Assembly (NCBI GenBank): GCA_024704765.1
Contig: JAKMXF010000311.1
Coordinates: 124,001 to 188,000 of the forward strand
Direction: 5' to 3'
Source of the DNA: Oopsacas minuta
Taxonomy: Eukaryota; Animalia; Porifera
DNA: 64,000 bases
In this document: one piece after another, positions 47,685 to 60,186 of the stretch
Layout: each line of letters opens with the position of its first letter
Position numbering within the stretch: the stretch's first letter is position 1
The notes under the pieces: model-generated
The model's input: only the letters and a program-made list of their open reading frames with translations
Told to the model about the DNA's origin: nothing
The model's database searches: none
Translations under genes and position numbers: made by a program

Positions 47685-48570
47685 AAATTGCTAATGAGCA
47701 CTTTAGTAATCAAACAGATAAATTAGCATATTAAAAAAGCAATCTTATTTACTAGATATATTTCAGAATATTTAGAATAGATCACTAAATCACTGATACA
47801 ATGGAGTTTGCCTATCTTAGGATAGGGTATTTGGCACTAATTCCCTTGCAAATACTCGAACTTGCTATTAGACGGATTATTTCCAATACAAAATGGCTCT
47901 AAGTCCCCTGAAAAAAATTGCTACAGTAAAATACAATGAATACGTACACGAGCGGACTTTCGAAATGTGTACTTCATATTCTTAGTACGTATAAACCGAA
48001 GCAAAATCAATTGAAAAACCATTACAAGGACTTGATTTTGTGTAAATATTTGTTCGTATTATCCGGAAAATTCGTATTTAGCGTGTTCGTACTAACGAGG
48101 TTGTCCTGTATAAGGCGAATATTCTTACTAAACTGGATAAAGCAATATCAACCATATTTACAGTATTGAATTTAAGAATCGACGTATATCGATAACCAAA
48201 CACTTATATTCCCTCAAGAATTAGGTAATAAGGAAATACCTTGAGAAATGGAACTACTTTTCCCAAAAGGTTTGCTTCAGCCCAAATATTGAAGTTTTAA
48301 AGAAATATCAATTAGATCAGTATTAAACTTTAAAAGCATGTTTTAATCAGTTATGAAAATTAGCGTCGCCATTTTAAATATTATCGCCGATCTTATCGAT
48401 ATATCAAGAAAACTTCAATGTTTAGGCTAAAGAAACTCAATGGATCATTTCTTCATGAATTATGGCTATGCCCAAATATAATTGTAAAGTGAACAATGAA
48501 ATGAAAAGCTAAGTGAAATGATGCAAGAAAAAACAGCAATCCTGAAATACATTACTAAATGAACTGACTA

Positions 48571-51500
48571 TTACGTATAAGCGAGAATAGGACCAAGCCA
48601 TGTCTCCATAGACTCCAATGCTTCACCCTTCCTCTTCGAATAATTCATAACTTGTTCTTTAGTAATCTTACCAACGGAGAAGTAGGAAGCCTTAGGATTG
48701 GCGAAGTATAGTCCTGATACAGATGCTGCTGGTCTCATAGCTAGACTGTCCGTTAATTCGATACCAGTTACCTTGGTAACATCCATTAAACGCCACATTG
48801 TGGACTTTTCAGTGTGATCTGGCTGTGTAGGGTAACCAGGAGCAGGTCGTATACCGTGATATCGTACCCTATGGAGATCCTGTGTATTGAGATTTTCATC
48901 TGGAGAATAGCCCCAGAAATGTTTGCGTACATTAGAATGGAGTTCTTCAGCGAAAGCTTCAGCTAATCTAAATGAAATAATTACTCCTGGATAACTAATT
49001 GGATATGCGATCATCGCATTTCCTAAAATAGTTATTTTGTGTTCCATATGAGATCTACCATACGTAGGTATTGTTGTTATATATGCAAGAATCCACAAAA
49101 AATGAATTGCATGCTCAATGCATACAACCCAAGCGACCAGAATTTCACCAAAAAATTGTATCACAATATATTCATTCGTACAGTGCAGTAACTCCCTGTT
49201 ATAACCAAGTCGGATATAACGAACTCCCGTTATAGCGAAATGATACCAGGGTCTCAAACACTTCTTAATAACGAGAGTTTAGTGTATTTCCAATATTTCG
49301 AGCTCATATGGTAAAATATCGATTGTTTCTAATGTAGTATTCATGATAGTTTACGAACTATCATCATTGCAAGACGATATTTTACAGTATATCTGTCATG
49401 AGGATTAATCTGAGCAGTATTAGGAGAGGAAAAGTTGGGAAAAATATTCAATACCCCAGTTTCTAAACAAACCACAAAGTATATTTCTATATTGAAGCAA
49501 ATTTCTCAATGCATACAGTTTGACATTCGGAAATATCATAGATTCAGAAACACTGCATTAATCACATACAAGGTAGATGAAATTTCTGAATCACTATAAA
49601 ACTGGAATTGATATTTTGAGGACAAATATGCTAAATTTTACAAATACGTATAATGCACTCTAATGAAGAATACAAACAAATATTAGGATTCCAAACAAGA
49701 ACTAAGATATATGCAAATATAAATAGGCCTTATTTTATGGTGTATAAATAGGGTAAAGGAACTACAATGACCAAATCTCGATGAAATGAAATTACGCAAC
49801 ATTATCAAACGATCTTGCAAAATAATCCTTTGTATTTTCCTTATTATTAAGATATTTATGTTTATTTGGAAAATTCCTTACAATCGGATAGCATCAAGTG
49901 TCTTATTCGAAGAGAACAAGAAAGGTTTGTCTGTATTCATATGGAAAGGGGTTTGTACAGATAAGATTGACATTTTGAAATCATTGCCTGGTTTTCCTAT
50001 GTGGCCAGATTTAGAACTTACGACAGACTATATTGATATAGAACTTGATATGAATGAATATGGTCAGAGAATATTCGGTTTAATCCTACCGAATATAACT
50101 GGAATGTATCAGTTCAAAATTGTCACGAATTATCCATGTAATTCAGAATTATGGTTATCAACAAGTCTTAATCCAAAAAAGGTGGAATTAATCGTGAAAA
50201 CAATCGCGAACACAACTTTGAAGGAATCAAAAAAGAAGTACAGAAGTGTTTCCCTAGAATCAAATAGAACGTATTATTTTGAAATTTTGAATTTAGGACA
50301 TAACATGAAGGGAAGAGACATACTATCTCTATATTGGAGGAATTCAAAGGATGGAGATTTTGAATTAATTGGTCCGCAATACTATTCTCCATACAAAATG
50401 AGTAAAATATTACAAAACAAAAAATTGCCATGTCACAAGGAACTGGACCAAAAACACATTTCCCAAAGAAATGAAATTATTCTGTACAAGAAATTAGAAA
50501 ATATATTCTACTCAAATATACTCCCAAAATGCACGAATCAATCTGATGAAATAATCTCAAGAGAAGTTGAAAGATTCAAAGGAATTTGGAAAATAAATGA
50601 AATCGAAATATATAACCCAAATTCCAATCAAGATTCGTTTAATGATATTCCAACTATGAATGAAATCGAAGCAAAAATTATAACACAGAAATTTATACAA
50701 ACATTTGTCACTGTTTTTCAACAGTTTTCTCTACTAATTCTAGAGAAGAATATAGATGAAGTGAGGGAAAATCATTATTTATTAGAAGCTAAAGTTAAAC
50801 TAATTTCGTCACCGAATATATCTCATTATATTTCGCAAAGGTTTAGCATTGAAAATGGCTCTCTATGTCTTCCAGCTTCTTCACCAAATTCAACAGCTTT
50901 TGTTCATATTGTTATTATTGTTAAAGATCAAAGTAGATGGATACGCTATTTCTTTCAAAATATCAATAAAATATACAAACAAACAAACGATCAACAATTC
51001 GGAGTTATAATCGTAGACTTCAACAGTGTAGATATGAACATGAACTACGTCATGAAACACACACTTAAAATAAAGCATTTCTCATATATATCTGTAGGAG
51101 GATTGTTCAATAAAGTACGTGGACAGAACCTAGCAATAGATAGTATTAAGAATCCTGACGATATAATATTCACGTGTGATTTACACTTAGATATTCCTAT
51201 TGGTTTAATAGATTCTATCAGGAAGCATACTATTCAAGGTTTTTCAGTGTTCGCCCCTATTGTACGTAGATTGGAGTGTGGTGTTATTGCATTTGATGGG
51301 AAAGGGAAATGGGAGATCGCTGGTTCTGGGTTAATATCGATGTACAAGTCTGATTGGGAGATTGTCGGAGGGATGAGCACCGTGTTTGGATTCAAATGGG
51401 GTGGAGAGGATTGGGAGTTGGTAGATAGACTTTTAAGGATCGGATATTATATAAACAGACTTAGAATACAAGGATTAGTGCATTACTACCACACAAGAGA

Positions 51501-54500
51501 AGGTTCTTGGTATGGTCTGTGATGGACTTTGTATTCAATATATTCGCTTAAGTTTTCATACACTTACTTTTATAATTATTTTATTTTTGAAAATGAATTA
51601 ACACTCGTGAACCTCCACAAATGGGAAATTTAGAAGAAACAGGGCTATTCTAAGTTTGTTCATAGGTATACATAAATGTCATTAGTGCAGGGTTTTAAAT
51701 GTAGGATAATTCCTAAGTCGATTGTATTCATTGGAAACTTCCCTAATATGTGGATTGTTTAGAAACTGCAGTGAAACTATCAAAACTTTCTAGTCTGTTG
51801 AAGGAATAAATATATATTCGAAATGTGAAAATATCATATTAGTACAATGTTTTGCTGCAAATGCTGGTCACTTGGGGTGTATTATATTTGCGCATGCAAT
51901 TCATTTTTGTGGAAACTTGCAAAAGCGATAATACCTTTCGTATATCCCTTACCAAGAGGTTCACAACATTTTTCGCCCCATGGACTCATATAGTACCTAT
52001 TTTAATATATTCTATGGACCCCTTACTGTCGTGGATGGACCACCAAGAGGCCATGGGGCATGAGCATCAGGTTGGAAAAGAAATAGTTGCTGAATGGTTG
52101 TATTTTTTGCGGAATATTGTTGTTAGTCTGCCCAACGAAGACATGTTCGAGATTTGTACTACTTATCGATAATCTTATTAATAAACACATATAAACATGA
52201 AACATACCTATCAGCTAATGCCTTGACCATAATATCATTATACACATCTTGTTTAGCTAGATAATCATTACACAATTGTTCAACACCAAATCCAACAGAA
52301 ACCGCGAACATTCCAACATAATCTGTTATACCAGTGCTTTTAGGCGCTATAAAATCTGATAAACAGAGGTAAGGCTCGTCTAGGTCGCCAATTTTCTCCT
52401 CTTGCTGTCGTAGCCCGTATATAGTACCGATTACATCGTTTAAATCATCAGAATATAGGTCAATATCGTCCTGAAATGAATTAGCTGGGAATATTTGGAA
52501 TACTCCATTTGCTTGAAGCTTGTTATTAGTGATTATGTCTTTCAGAAGTTCCTATTAAGATATTCAGTTAACACCCAAGATCTCAAACAAATTGAGATTT
52601 GCATACGGGCATTTAACCTCTGTAATCTGAACCCAGTCTTTTCACAAATCCTGGGACCGCTTCTGTTAAAATTATGTTACATATGTCATCTGAGAGTTTG
52701 ACTATTGGGCAGAATTCTGACATTTTTGGATTATTTTTCAAAGTTATATAGAAACAAGCACGCTTCGCCTTTTAGCAACTTACACCTTATAATTGCATAC
52801 TTGTTAACTCCCGGAGTTTACCCACAAGGAAATCCTTTCAATTTTTAGCTACATTCTGAAATTTTTTGGGTGGATAGGGACGTAAAATCCCGGGAAATTT
52901 GTAAAGGGATTGATAAGGATGTAATAGATTTAAAATCAATTACCTGAGCTTCTTCATACAATTTCAATGCTTCTGCTCCAACACTCTTATCCTTGAAGAT
53001 ATTCGGGTATCCACGATTTGGATATTTTCCACGTAGCTGCCAGAGATCAAAGAAAGGCTTCCAATCAATAAAAGGAACTAATTTATTCAAATCATAGTTT
53101 GACAACACGTTTAATCCTGTCACATTTGGTTTGACAGGTGTGTAAGTAGAAAAGTTTAATTTCAAAGATTGAGAACGAGCTTTTGATAGAGAAAGGAATG
53201 ATCTTTCTTTAAGAGAGTCGATATGATCCTGACGGATGTCAGCGTAATCTTCTCTAATCTATAATAGAATTGAAAGTCAACTCCCAGCTAAGGTTATATC
53301 GAAGTAATTATCGCGGTCCCTTGAGCTTCGATGTAACGGGGAGTTGCCGTCTATGACTATTTGTATAGACGGCGAATATACACAGATCTATTGAATGAGA
53401 ATTGGACGGTTGGACGTATTTAGATGACCGCAATGAAAAACAAAGTGAATATCAAAAGCATAACAAATTATCTGGACCAAGAAGCAAGGCAGTGATATAC
53501 AGTGGAACTTCGTAAATACGAACACAAAGGGACCGTAAAAATAGTGTAGCTCTATTCGGAGTTCGTATTAAACAAGATTCCACTCTATCTATAAATAATA
53601 TAAACCTCATCTAAAAACAATTCTCGCTGTTTCATCAAACTCTGAAACACAACAACACTCTTACTAGCATCTAATACATGTACACAGGGTCCTGAATAAC
53701 AAGGAGCTATCTTAACAGCTGTATGAGCACGTGACGTAGTAGCTCCTCCTATTAGTAAGGGACGCGTGAAGCCTCTACGCTCCATCTCTTTAGCTACATA
53801 TACCATCTCTTCAAGTGATGGAGTTATTAAGCCGGATAAACCTAAGTGATTGTGTAGCAAATATTAAATGGATTTTAATCTCAGGTCATGTGAAGTAAAA
53901 ATACTTGAAAATCATCCAAGCAGAACAAAAATATCATGTATTAAGCCTGTAAATGAGAAACTTGTTTCAGCTCCTAATTACACTGATAAAATATTGAAAT
54001 AAGACAATATTCATAAGGCAGGTAAACTTGATCAGTGAGTTAGAGCTGAAACAAGTTTCCAACAAAAAGCGCTATATTATCGTTATGAAATGAATAATAA
54101 TCAGATGAGCATTTCCAAACAATCAGATAACGAATTTCCCTGAATAACCGCCGGGGTCAGCACCACCCTCTAGAATAATCTTTTGATGAAATTTACTCGT
54201 CATTTTACTATGCAACAAATGAGGATAATATTTTCCAAATTCAGTGGTATTTCAAAAATGCAAAAAAATTTCTACGAAAATGTGCGTATTATTACAACAA
54301 TACTTACCAATAATATCAGCATTCTCTTCTATAGCAGTCTTTAGTATCTTATCACAAGGAGTCATAACACCCAAATCAACAACTCTATAATTATTACATC
54401 CCAGTACAACCCCAACAATATTCTTGCCAATATCGTGTACGTCACCCTTAACTGTAGCTATAACTATAGTACCATTGTATTGTGATGTATTGGTAGCTGC

Positions 54501-57500
54501 TGAAACAGCTGTTTGAGTCAGCTGTTTCTTCTCCTCCTCCATGAATGGGATTAACCAGGCTACAGCTTTCTTCATTACACGGGCTGATTTTATTACCTGA
54601 GGTAGGAACATTTTGCCTGATCCGAATAAATCACCGACTACATTCATTCCTAAAGGGAGAAATCCGGTAGATTACGTGATTACCGCGAAATGTTACTTCG
54701 TTTCTCCGTTTCTGATTAATCCTCCATTTTTGGTGATTCATCCTTAATTCTTGGCGCTCCATTTAAAATCAGTCCGTTTCCACAAGTTCCAGTCTGTACA
54801 CTGTATCAACAATCGTTTTGAATTATAGTCAAAAGGTGTCATGTATTATTCATATGATAAATATTTGCGAATATATCCGCCCGATTGATATATGTGCTAT
54901 TAGGGTTTAGATGCCAGGAAAATGTAGTTTTTACAAAAGGTGTGAAAATATGATTAATAGCCAAATTTCAAAAGTTTGAATCCAAAACACAGAATATATC
55001 GATGTTATAACAAATTTTCTAATATAATCAGAGTGTTAGATTTCGCAGGATCACACGCACACAGATACATACACAAGTGTTCCCTCTAACTTACGGGGGG
55101 GCAACAAATCTGACTGGGGTGTTGTCAAAATTCCGTGTGGTACTGGCAAATATCTAATATTTTAAGCGAAAATTCAGAGGAAACACAGACATACATTCTT
55201 TTATTCTCTAATTTACCTTCCATGAGTGGTCCCTCTATAACATTCAAAGTTCTAGGATACTTATCAGTCAATACTCTAGCAGCTTCTACATCCTCTACGA
55301 TATAGTTATCAATACCTTTAACCAGAGCATGTACTATCTTATCTTCTAGAGGATTATCTCTCCATTCCTCTATACGAATACCTCCAATAGATTTATCTGA
55401 TGAACCTAGATAATTCCATTGATTATATCGAACTTTGCTTGTACAAAGTAATTATCGTGGTCCTTAAGGCATTTTTCAATCAACAATACAGCAGATAAGT
55501 ACAGACAACTGATAGGCTTGGCAATCAGTTAATCTGGCCACTCGACCATAAACAGAACAATGAAAATAGTGTTAAGTAGCCCGATCGGGAGAATATCCCA
55601 TGGACGTAACGGAGAACGACTATTTGGAGACAACACGTTGGTTTTATTTGGAAATGTTCACGTGGAGATTTACAAATGTGTTTGATTAGCCTACTCATAA
55701 TAGTTTGTGATTAATCCGAGTCTTCTGTGTTTTGAAACGTAGTGTTATGACGAAAATGGTTACCTTATATGCTTATTAGTTTTTAACCGTGGATGGTGGA
55801 TTTGTTTATCTGCTTGGATGTTGCTCTAGTTCCTTTTGAGGTACTTAGATTACCGTTAGAATATAACAGAGTAAAAAATGAAAAATACACCATCCATGGT
55901 TAAATAGCTAATAAGCTAAACAGTTTATCAAATTTGACAGTACAACTAGAGAATTCTACTTCTATACAATTCTCACACAATTCAGTATAAACAAACCTTC
56001 AGCATACACCAGTAACCTCTCTGTAGCATCAGCTCGTTTATTCCATAGAATATCCTCACATAATAACAATAGATCATCTGGTATATCCGAATACACCGGT
56101 AATTGTCCTGCATTAACAATACCCATATCCATACCGGCTTTTATCGCGTGATACAAGAATACGGAATGCATAGCCGCGCGTAAATTTTCTTTTCCACGGA
56201 ATGAGAACGATAAATTCGATACACCCCCGCTTACTCGTGCTTCAGGCAAGTTTGATTTTATTAATTTAATCGCGTCAATAAACGCTACTCCGTAATTGTT
56301 ATGCTCTTCTAGACCTGTGCCTATTGTCAATATGTTAGGATCAAATATTATATCAGAGGGATTGAAAGATAGTTTTTCTGTCAAAAGTTCGTATGAACGT
56401 TTACAGATTTCAAATTTACGCTGTGCATCGGTTGCTTGTCCCATTTCATCAAAAGCCATTACTACAACTGCTGCTCCATAGTTTTTGATTAGTTTTGCTT
56501 TGTGAAGGAAATCTTGTTCTCCTTCTTTAAGACTTATACTATTCACTATACATTTACCTAAGGAAATGGAAAGTTAATTCAGATACAGAATACTTTGGTG
56601 TTAGGGACACTTGTCTCGGAATCAGATTCAGAACTGTAAAACAATTTTAGGCCTGTAATTTGGAGAAAATATGTAAAATCAAAGTACAATAGAACCTCGT
56701 TAATACGAACCCCAACTGATGGTCAGAATATGTTCGGCTTCTCAGGAGTTGGTATTTACTGGAATAATATCAATGGAATATCCACTGTAGATACATGAAC
56801 CGTGTTCGTATCAACGAAGTTCCATTGTATTAGATCATTTATAGAGACGGATTAGACACGGTAGACTTGTAAAATACTATCTCATTTCATGTATTTGACG
56901 TTTTGTTTAGGAATCAGAAATTCAGCAATTACTTCCTATGTGCTACGAGAGTAGAGTAATGAATGGGAACAAATAATTTTGGTGATACTATTACCCAATT
57001 CCTGCAAATTTTGTCTTATTTTGGATATTCAAAAATCCCCAAATTTTTCCAAAAGTATAAATTAGAGGAAATCCCCCGTTTCCAACCTAAGGACAGCCAC
57101 TGACCGAATATGTTTCTTATGTTCTATGGGTCTGAATCAGAATTCCCTAAATAACATAACATAACAAACCTTGTGCACATTTCAATCCAGCTTCAATAAC
57201 TTTAAAATTACTAGAATCAATACATAGAGGTACTCTAGCTATATCAGGATCAGAGCCTAATAGATTACAAAATCTTGTCATAACTTTGATTCCATCTAAC
57301 ATTCCTTCGTCCACATTGATATCCAAGATCTGAGCACCTGCTTCAACTTGATCTTTAGCTATTTGTAATGCTTCATCGTATTTATCTGTTTTTACCAACC
57401 GACAGAATTTCCTACTTCCTGCTATGTTACAACGTTCGCCGATATTTATAAAATTCGTGTACTGAGAAATTCGCATTAATTCTAGCCCTGATAATAGTGT

Positions 57501-59751
57501 AGCTCCTTTGTGGATGTTCTGCTTTGGGACTCGCGGTTTTACGCACTTCATTGCTTCGGCTATTGCTCGTATATGATCAGGGGTAGAACCACAACATCCT
57601 CCGACAAGATTCAAGAAACCCTCGATAGCGTACTCCTTCAAAATCTTCGACATAGAATCAGGAGTTTCGTCGTATCCACCAAATGCATTAGGTAGTCCTG
57701 CATTAGGATAACATAACGTGAAAATGGAAGTGAATTGACTTACTGCTTGTATGAATGGTCGGATCTCTTGCGGGCCTAATGCACAGTTTAGGCCTATAGC
57801 GAATGGAGAGCTGTGTAAGAGACTGGTGAGAAATGCTTCTGTAGTTTGACCGGATAATGTACGGCCACTCTTGTCAACAATTGTACCTTGGATAGAGTGT
57901 TAAGTCTTAAGATAATAAGAATTCAGTAATTACTGGAATTATCACCTCATGATAACTAAACTTCCTTATAAGGGAATTATAGCGATTACCGTCTGAAGAA
58001 TTTTTCAATTTTTGAAACTACAAAATATTTGAGAAATTACTTATCCTAACTTTTTGCACTGTCAAATGTCATCTCCCATTATCGAAGCTCAAGGGACCGC
58101 GATAATTACTTCTGTATGAGCGGAGTTTGATATAACCGATGAAACATGTTATTTCTATATTCGTACAATTTCAGTATTCAATACAAATGAGTATTTCGAG
58201 GGAGATATCCCAACCTTACCAACACATTTAAAATTTTCAGGGAATCTACGTCGAGAAATATAGCAAAAAAAGGAAATATTTCAAGAATTTTCAATTTTTC
58301 CCATGGCTAAGACGTGAACCCTCTGAATAATGACTGTAATAACAAAATTAACATTATCAAAACGTAGCATTTTCAAACTCACACACCTGATACCATAATA
58401 GGAACTCTCCTATATCCTTGTGAGAATATACTATCAATAGCAAATAGGGCAGCTTTAGCATTAGCTGTATCAAATATAGTCTCTACAAATAATATATCGG
58501 CTCCTCCGTCTAGCAAGCCTTTAGCTTGTATAGAATAACCTTCTGCTAACTCGTCATAGGTAATGTTACGGTATTCTGGTCGCTCAACTGGAAAAGAGAA
58601 AATGTCTTAAAATCGTTTGACAAGTGCTAATTAGTGATGAATTATGACAAATGTCAAATTCAAATTTTGAAAAAGGAAGCACACTGTCTGAAAACAGTGA
58701 AAATGAAATTTTAGAAAAAATCAGCGAACTAAAAGTTCTAGGCTTACTTGTAGGCCAATTTTTCGAGTCAAAAGGGGATAAGAGCTGCAATATAAATACT
58801 AATATCCAAGTATAGAAGTTAACTGAATCGTATATTAATGTTTCTACCTGAAGGAGATACTGATAGAGTTCTATTAGTAGGCCCCATAGCTCCAGCAACA
58901 AATCTAGCTACACCAGTGTTCCTACTAACTTCATAACAAGCTTCTAATGCTAATCTAGCTGCAGCCTTGTTAATCTCATAAGTATACTCTTCTGTGTTGT
59001 AATCTGATTGGGATATAGTAGTACCGTTGAATGTGTTAGTCTCTAGAATCTCAGCACCTGCTTCAAGATAACCTTAAAAGATAGAAAAATATTGAAAAGT
59101 ATATTACGTATTATTTAAGCGTTGAATAAATTGGATGGCGGAAAATTAGTTACAATATTTGGCCGTATGGAAAATTCTTGGCGGAAATATCCAAGCAGGT
59201 ATAATGGTAAATCTAGGGTCGTAGCTGCTAATGAGGGAGGGAGGCAATTGCAGACTTGCTAACTGCACCTGTATGTATGTTGAGGCTAATGTCATGTCAC
59301 GCCAAAACCAGCCAAAGATTGACCAATGTAAATATGCTAGATCCCGCGACGCCGGTTAAATTAGTACATTCTGTCCCGATTTTTTCTTCACTCAGGTTGG
59401 TAAGTATGCAATTGCATCCTCGCTTTTTCCTCTTCGCCTAATCTCGCTATTTGAATGGGGCAAATATTCATCCTTGGTGCCTCTATCTGAAATTTTATAC
59501 TATTAGAACAAACCCATATGTATTTCAGTAATAATTTTTGGCTGTGTTAGACATAGAATATCGTTATTTCCCTTCAAATCTTTCGGATGATCCTTGAATC
59601 TCTCTCCTCTATAATCTTCTTCCTTCAGTCTATAACTTTGTATCATAGTGCCCATACCGCCGTCTATTATCATTATTTGATTCTGTAACCGATCTGTTAG
59701 ATATTCCTCAAGATTAGGGATATTTCGTACATCATTTCGTTCTAACTCCAT
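48571..59751 (-). CDS. MTR: Cobalamin-dependent methionine synthase, 11 exons, 1254 aa
   Basis: Exons 59751-59514, 59072-58848, 58587-58387, 57886-57170, 56557-55997, 55405-55217, 54649-54308, 53841-53606, 53258-52944, 52551-52208, 48967-48571. All introns are GT-AG and phase-compatible; total 3765 nt. Motifs DGGMGT, GGCCG, DVHDIG (B12 His) and RPAPGYP are present. Confidence 0.96.
49786..51522 (+). CDS. B4GALNT3/4-like beta-1,4-N-acetylgalactosaminyltransferase (PA14 plus GT7-like domain), intronless, nested in MTR intron 10
   Basis: Type II TM anchor; PA14-like [21 protein letters not shown]; [24 protein letters not shown] and [13 protein letters not shown]. Confidence 0.85.
   Translation: MKLRNIIKRSCKIILCIFLIIKIFMFIWKIPYNRIASSVLFEENKKGLSVFIWKGVCTDKIDILKSLPGFPMWPDLELTTDYIDIELDMNEYGQRIFGLILPNITGMYQFKIVTNYPCNSELWLSTSLNPKKVELIVKTIANTTLKESKKKYRSVSLESNRTYYFEILNLGHNMKGRDILSLYWRNSKDGDFELIGPQYYSPYKMSKILQNKKLPCHKELDQKHISQRNEIILYKKLENIFYSNILPKCTNQSDEIISREVERFKGIWKINEIEIYNPNSNQDSFNDIPTMNEIEAKIITQKFIQTFVTVFQQFSLLILEKNIDEVRENHYLLEAKVKLISSPNISHYISQRFSIENGSLCLPASSPNSTAFVHIVIIVKDQSRWIRYFFQNINKIYKQTNDQQFGVIIVDFNSVDMNMNYVMKHTLKIKHFSYISVGGLFNKVRGQNLAIDSIKNPDDIIFTCDLHLDIPIGLIDSIRKHTIQGFSVFAPIVRRLECGVIAFDGKGKWEIAGSGLISMYKSDWEIVGGMSTVFGFKWGGEDWELVDRLLRIGYYINRLRIQGLVHYYHTREGSWYGL
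53276..53349. mobile_element. MITE-family fragment in MTR intron 8
   Basis: Ends gtcaactccc / gggagttgcc. Bases 53301-53332 are the exact reverse complement of 58081-58112 (MTR intron 3). Related sequence lies at about 55420-55470 and about 61450-61480. Confidence 0.65.
53500..53585. mobile_element. CAGTGGAAC-type MITE in MTR intron 8
   Basis: TA-CAGTGGAACTTCGTAAATACGAAC ... GTTCGTATTAAACAAGATTCCACTC-TA. Confidence 0.65.
56687..56827. mobile_element. CA(A/G)T-type MITE in MTR intron 4
   Basis: TA-CAATAGAACCTCGTTAATACGAAC ... GTTCGTATCAACGAAGTTCCATTG-TA; 24-bp TIR with 3 mismatches. Confidence 0.8.
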
Positions 59752-60186
59752 TGTTATATGCTAATTGGGAAATTGTTATGATTATAGTAAATTTAGTTTG
59801 AATACTGGAATAAATAACTCGAATAAATTCAGCAAATTATAAGTAGAAGTTCTATATTTAGCTCAAGTTATGAATGAAATATAATGCAACAAAAGCAATA
59901 ATTCGCTTACCCTTGTTGCCAGATCAAGAGCTAAGTTCATAGATTTTGGCGTGAACTTCCAAGTGTGAGCACATTATCTGGTAACACTGTCCTGGATAAC
60001 ACCAATGTATCCGAAGACAAACAATCTATGTAATGTAAACCTATCTTATAACTTAACATAGTGATATATTATGGGTATAACTTACCTACAAATGTACTAA
60101 TAAAATATTCTAATAAATAAAGTATAAGTGTGTACTTGCTGGTGAGAATGATAGTATAACAATTACAGAGATTAAGTCTACATATA

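Noticed and set aside
48968-49257. N-terminal part of ORF 48571..49257 (MRPWYHF...)
   Set aside because: It is intron sequence containing a MITE-like fragment; MTR similarity starts only at the acceptor at 48967.
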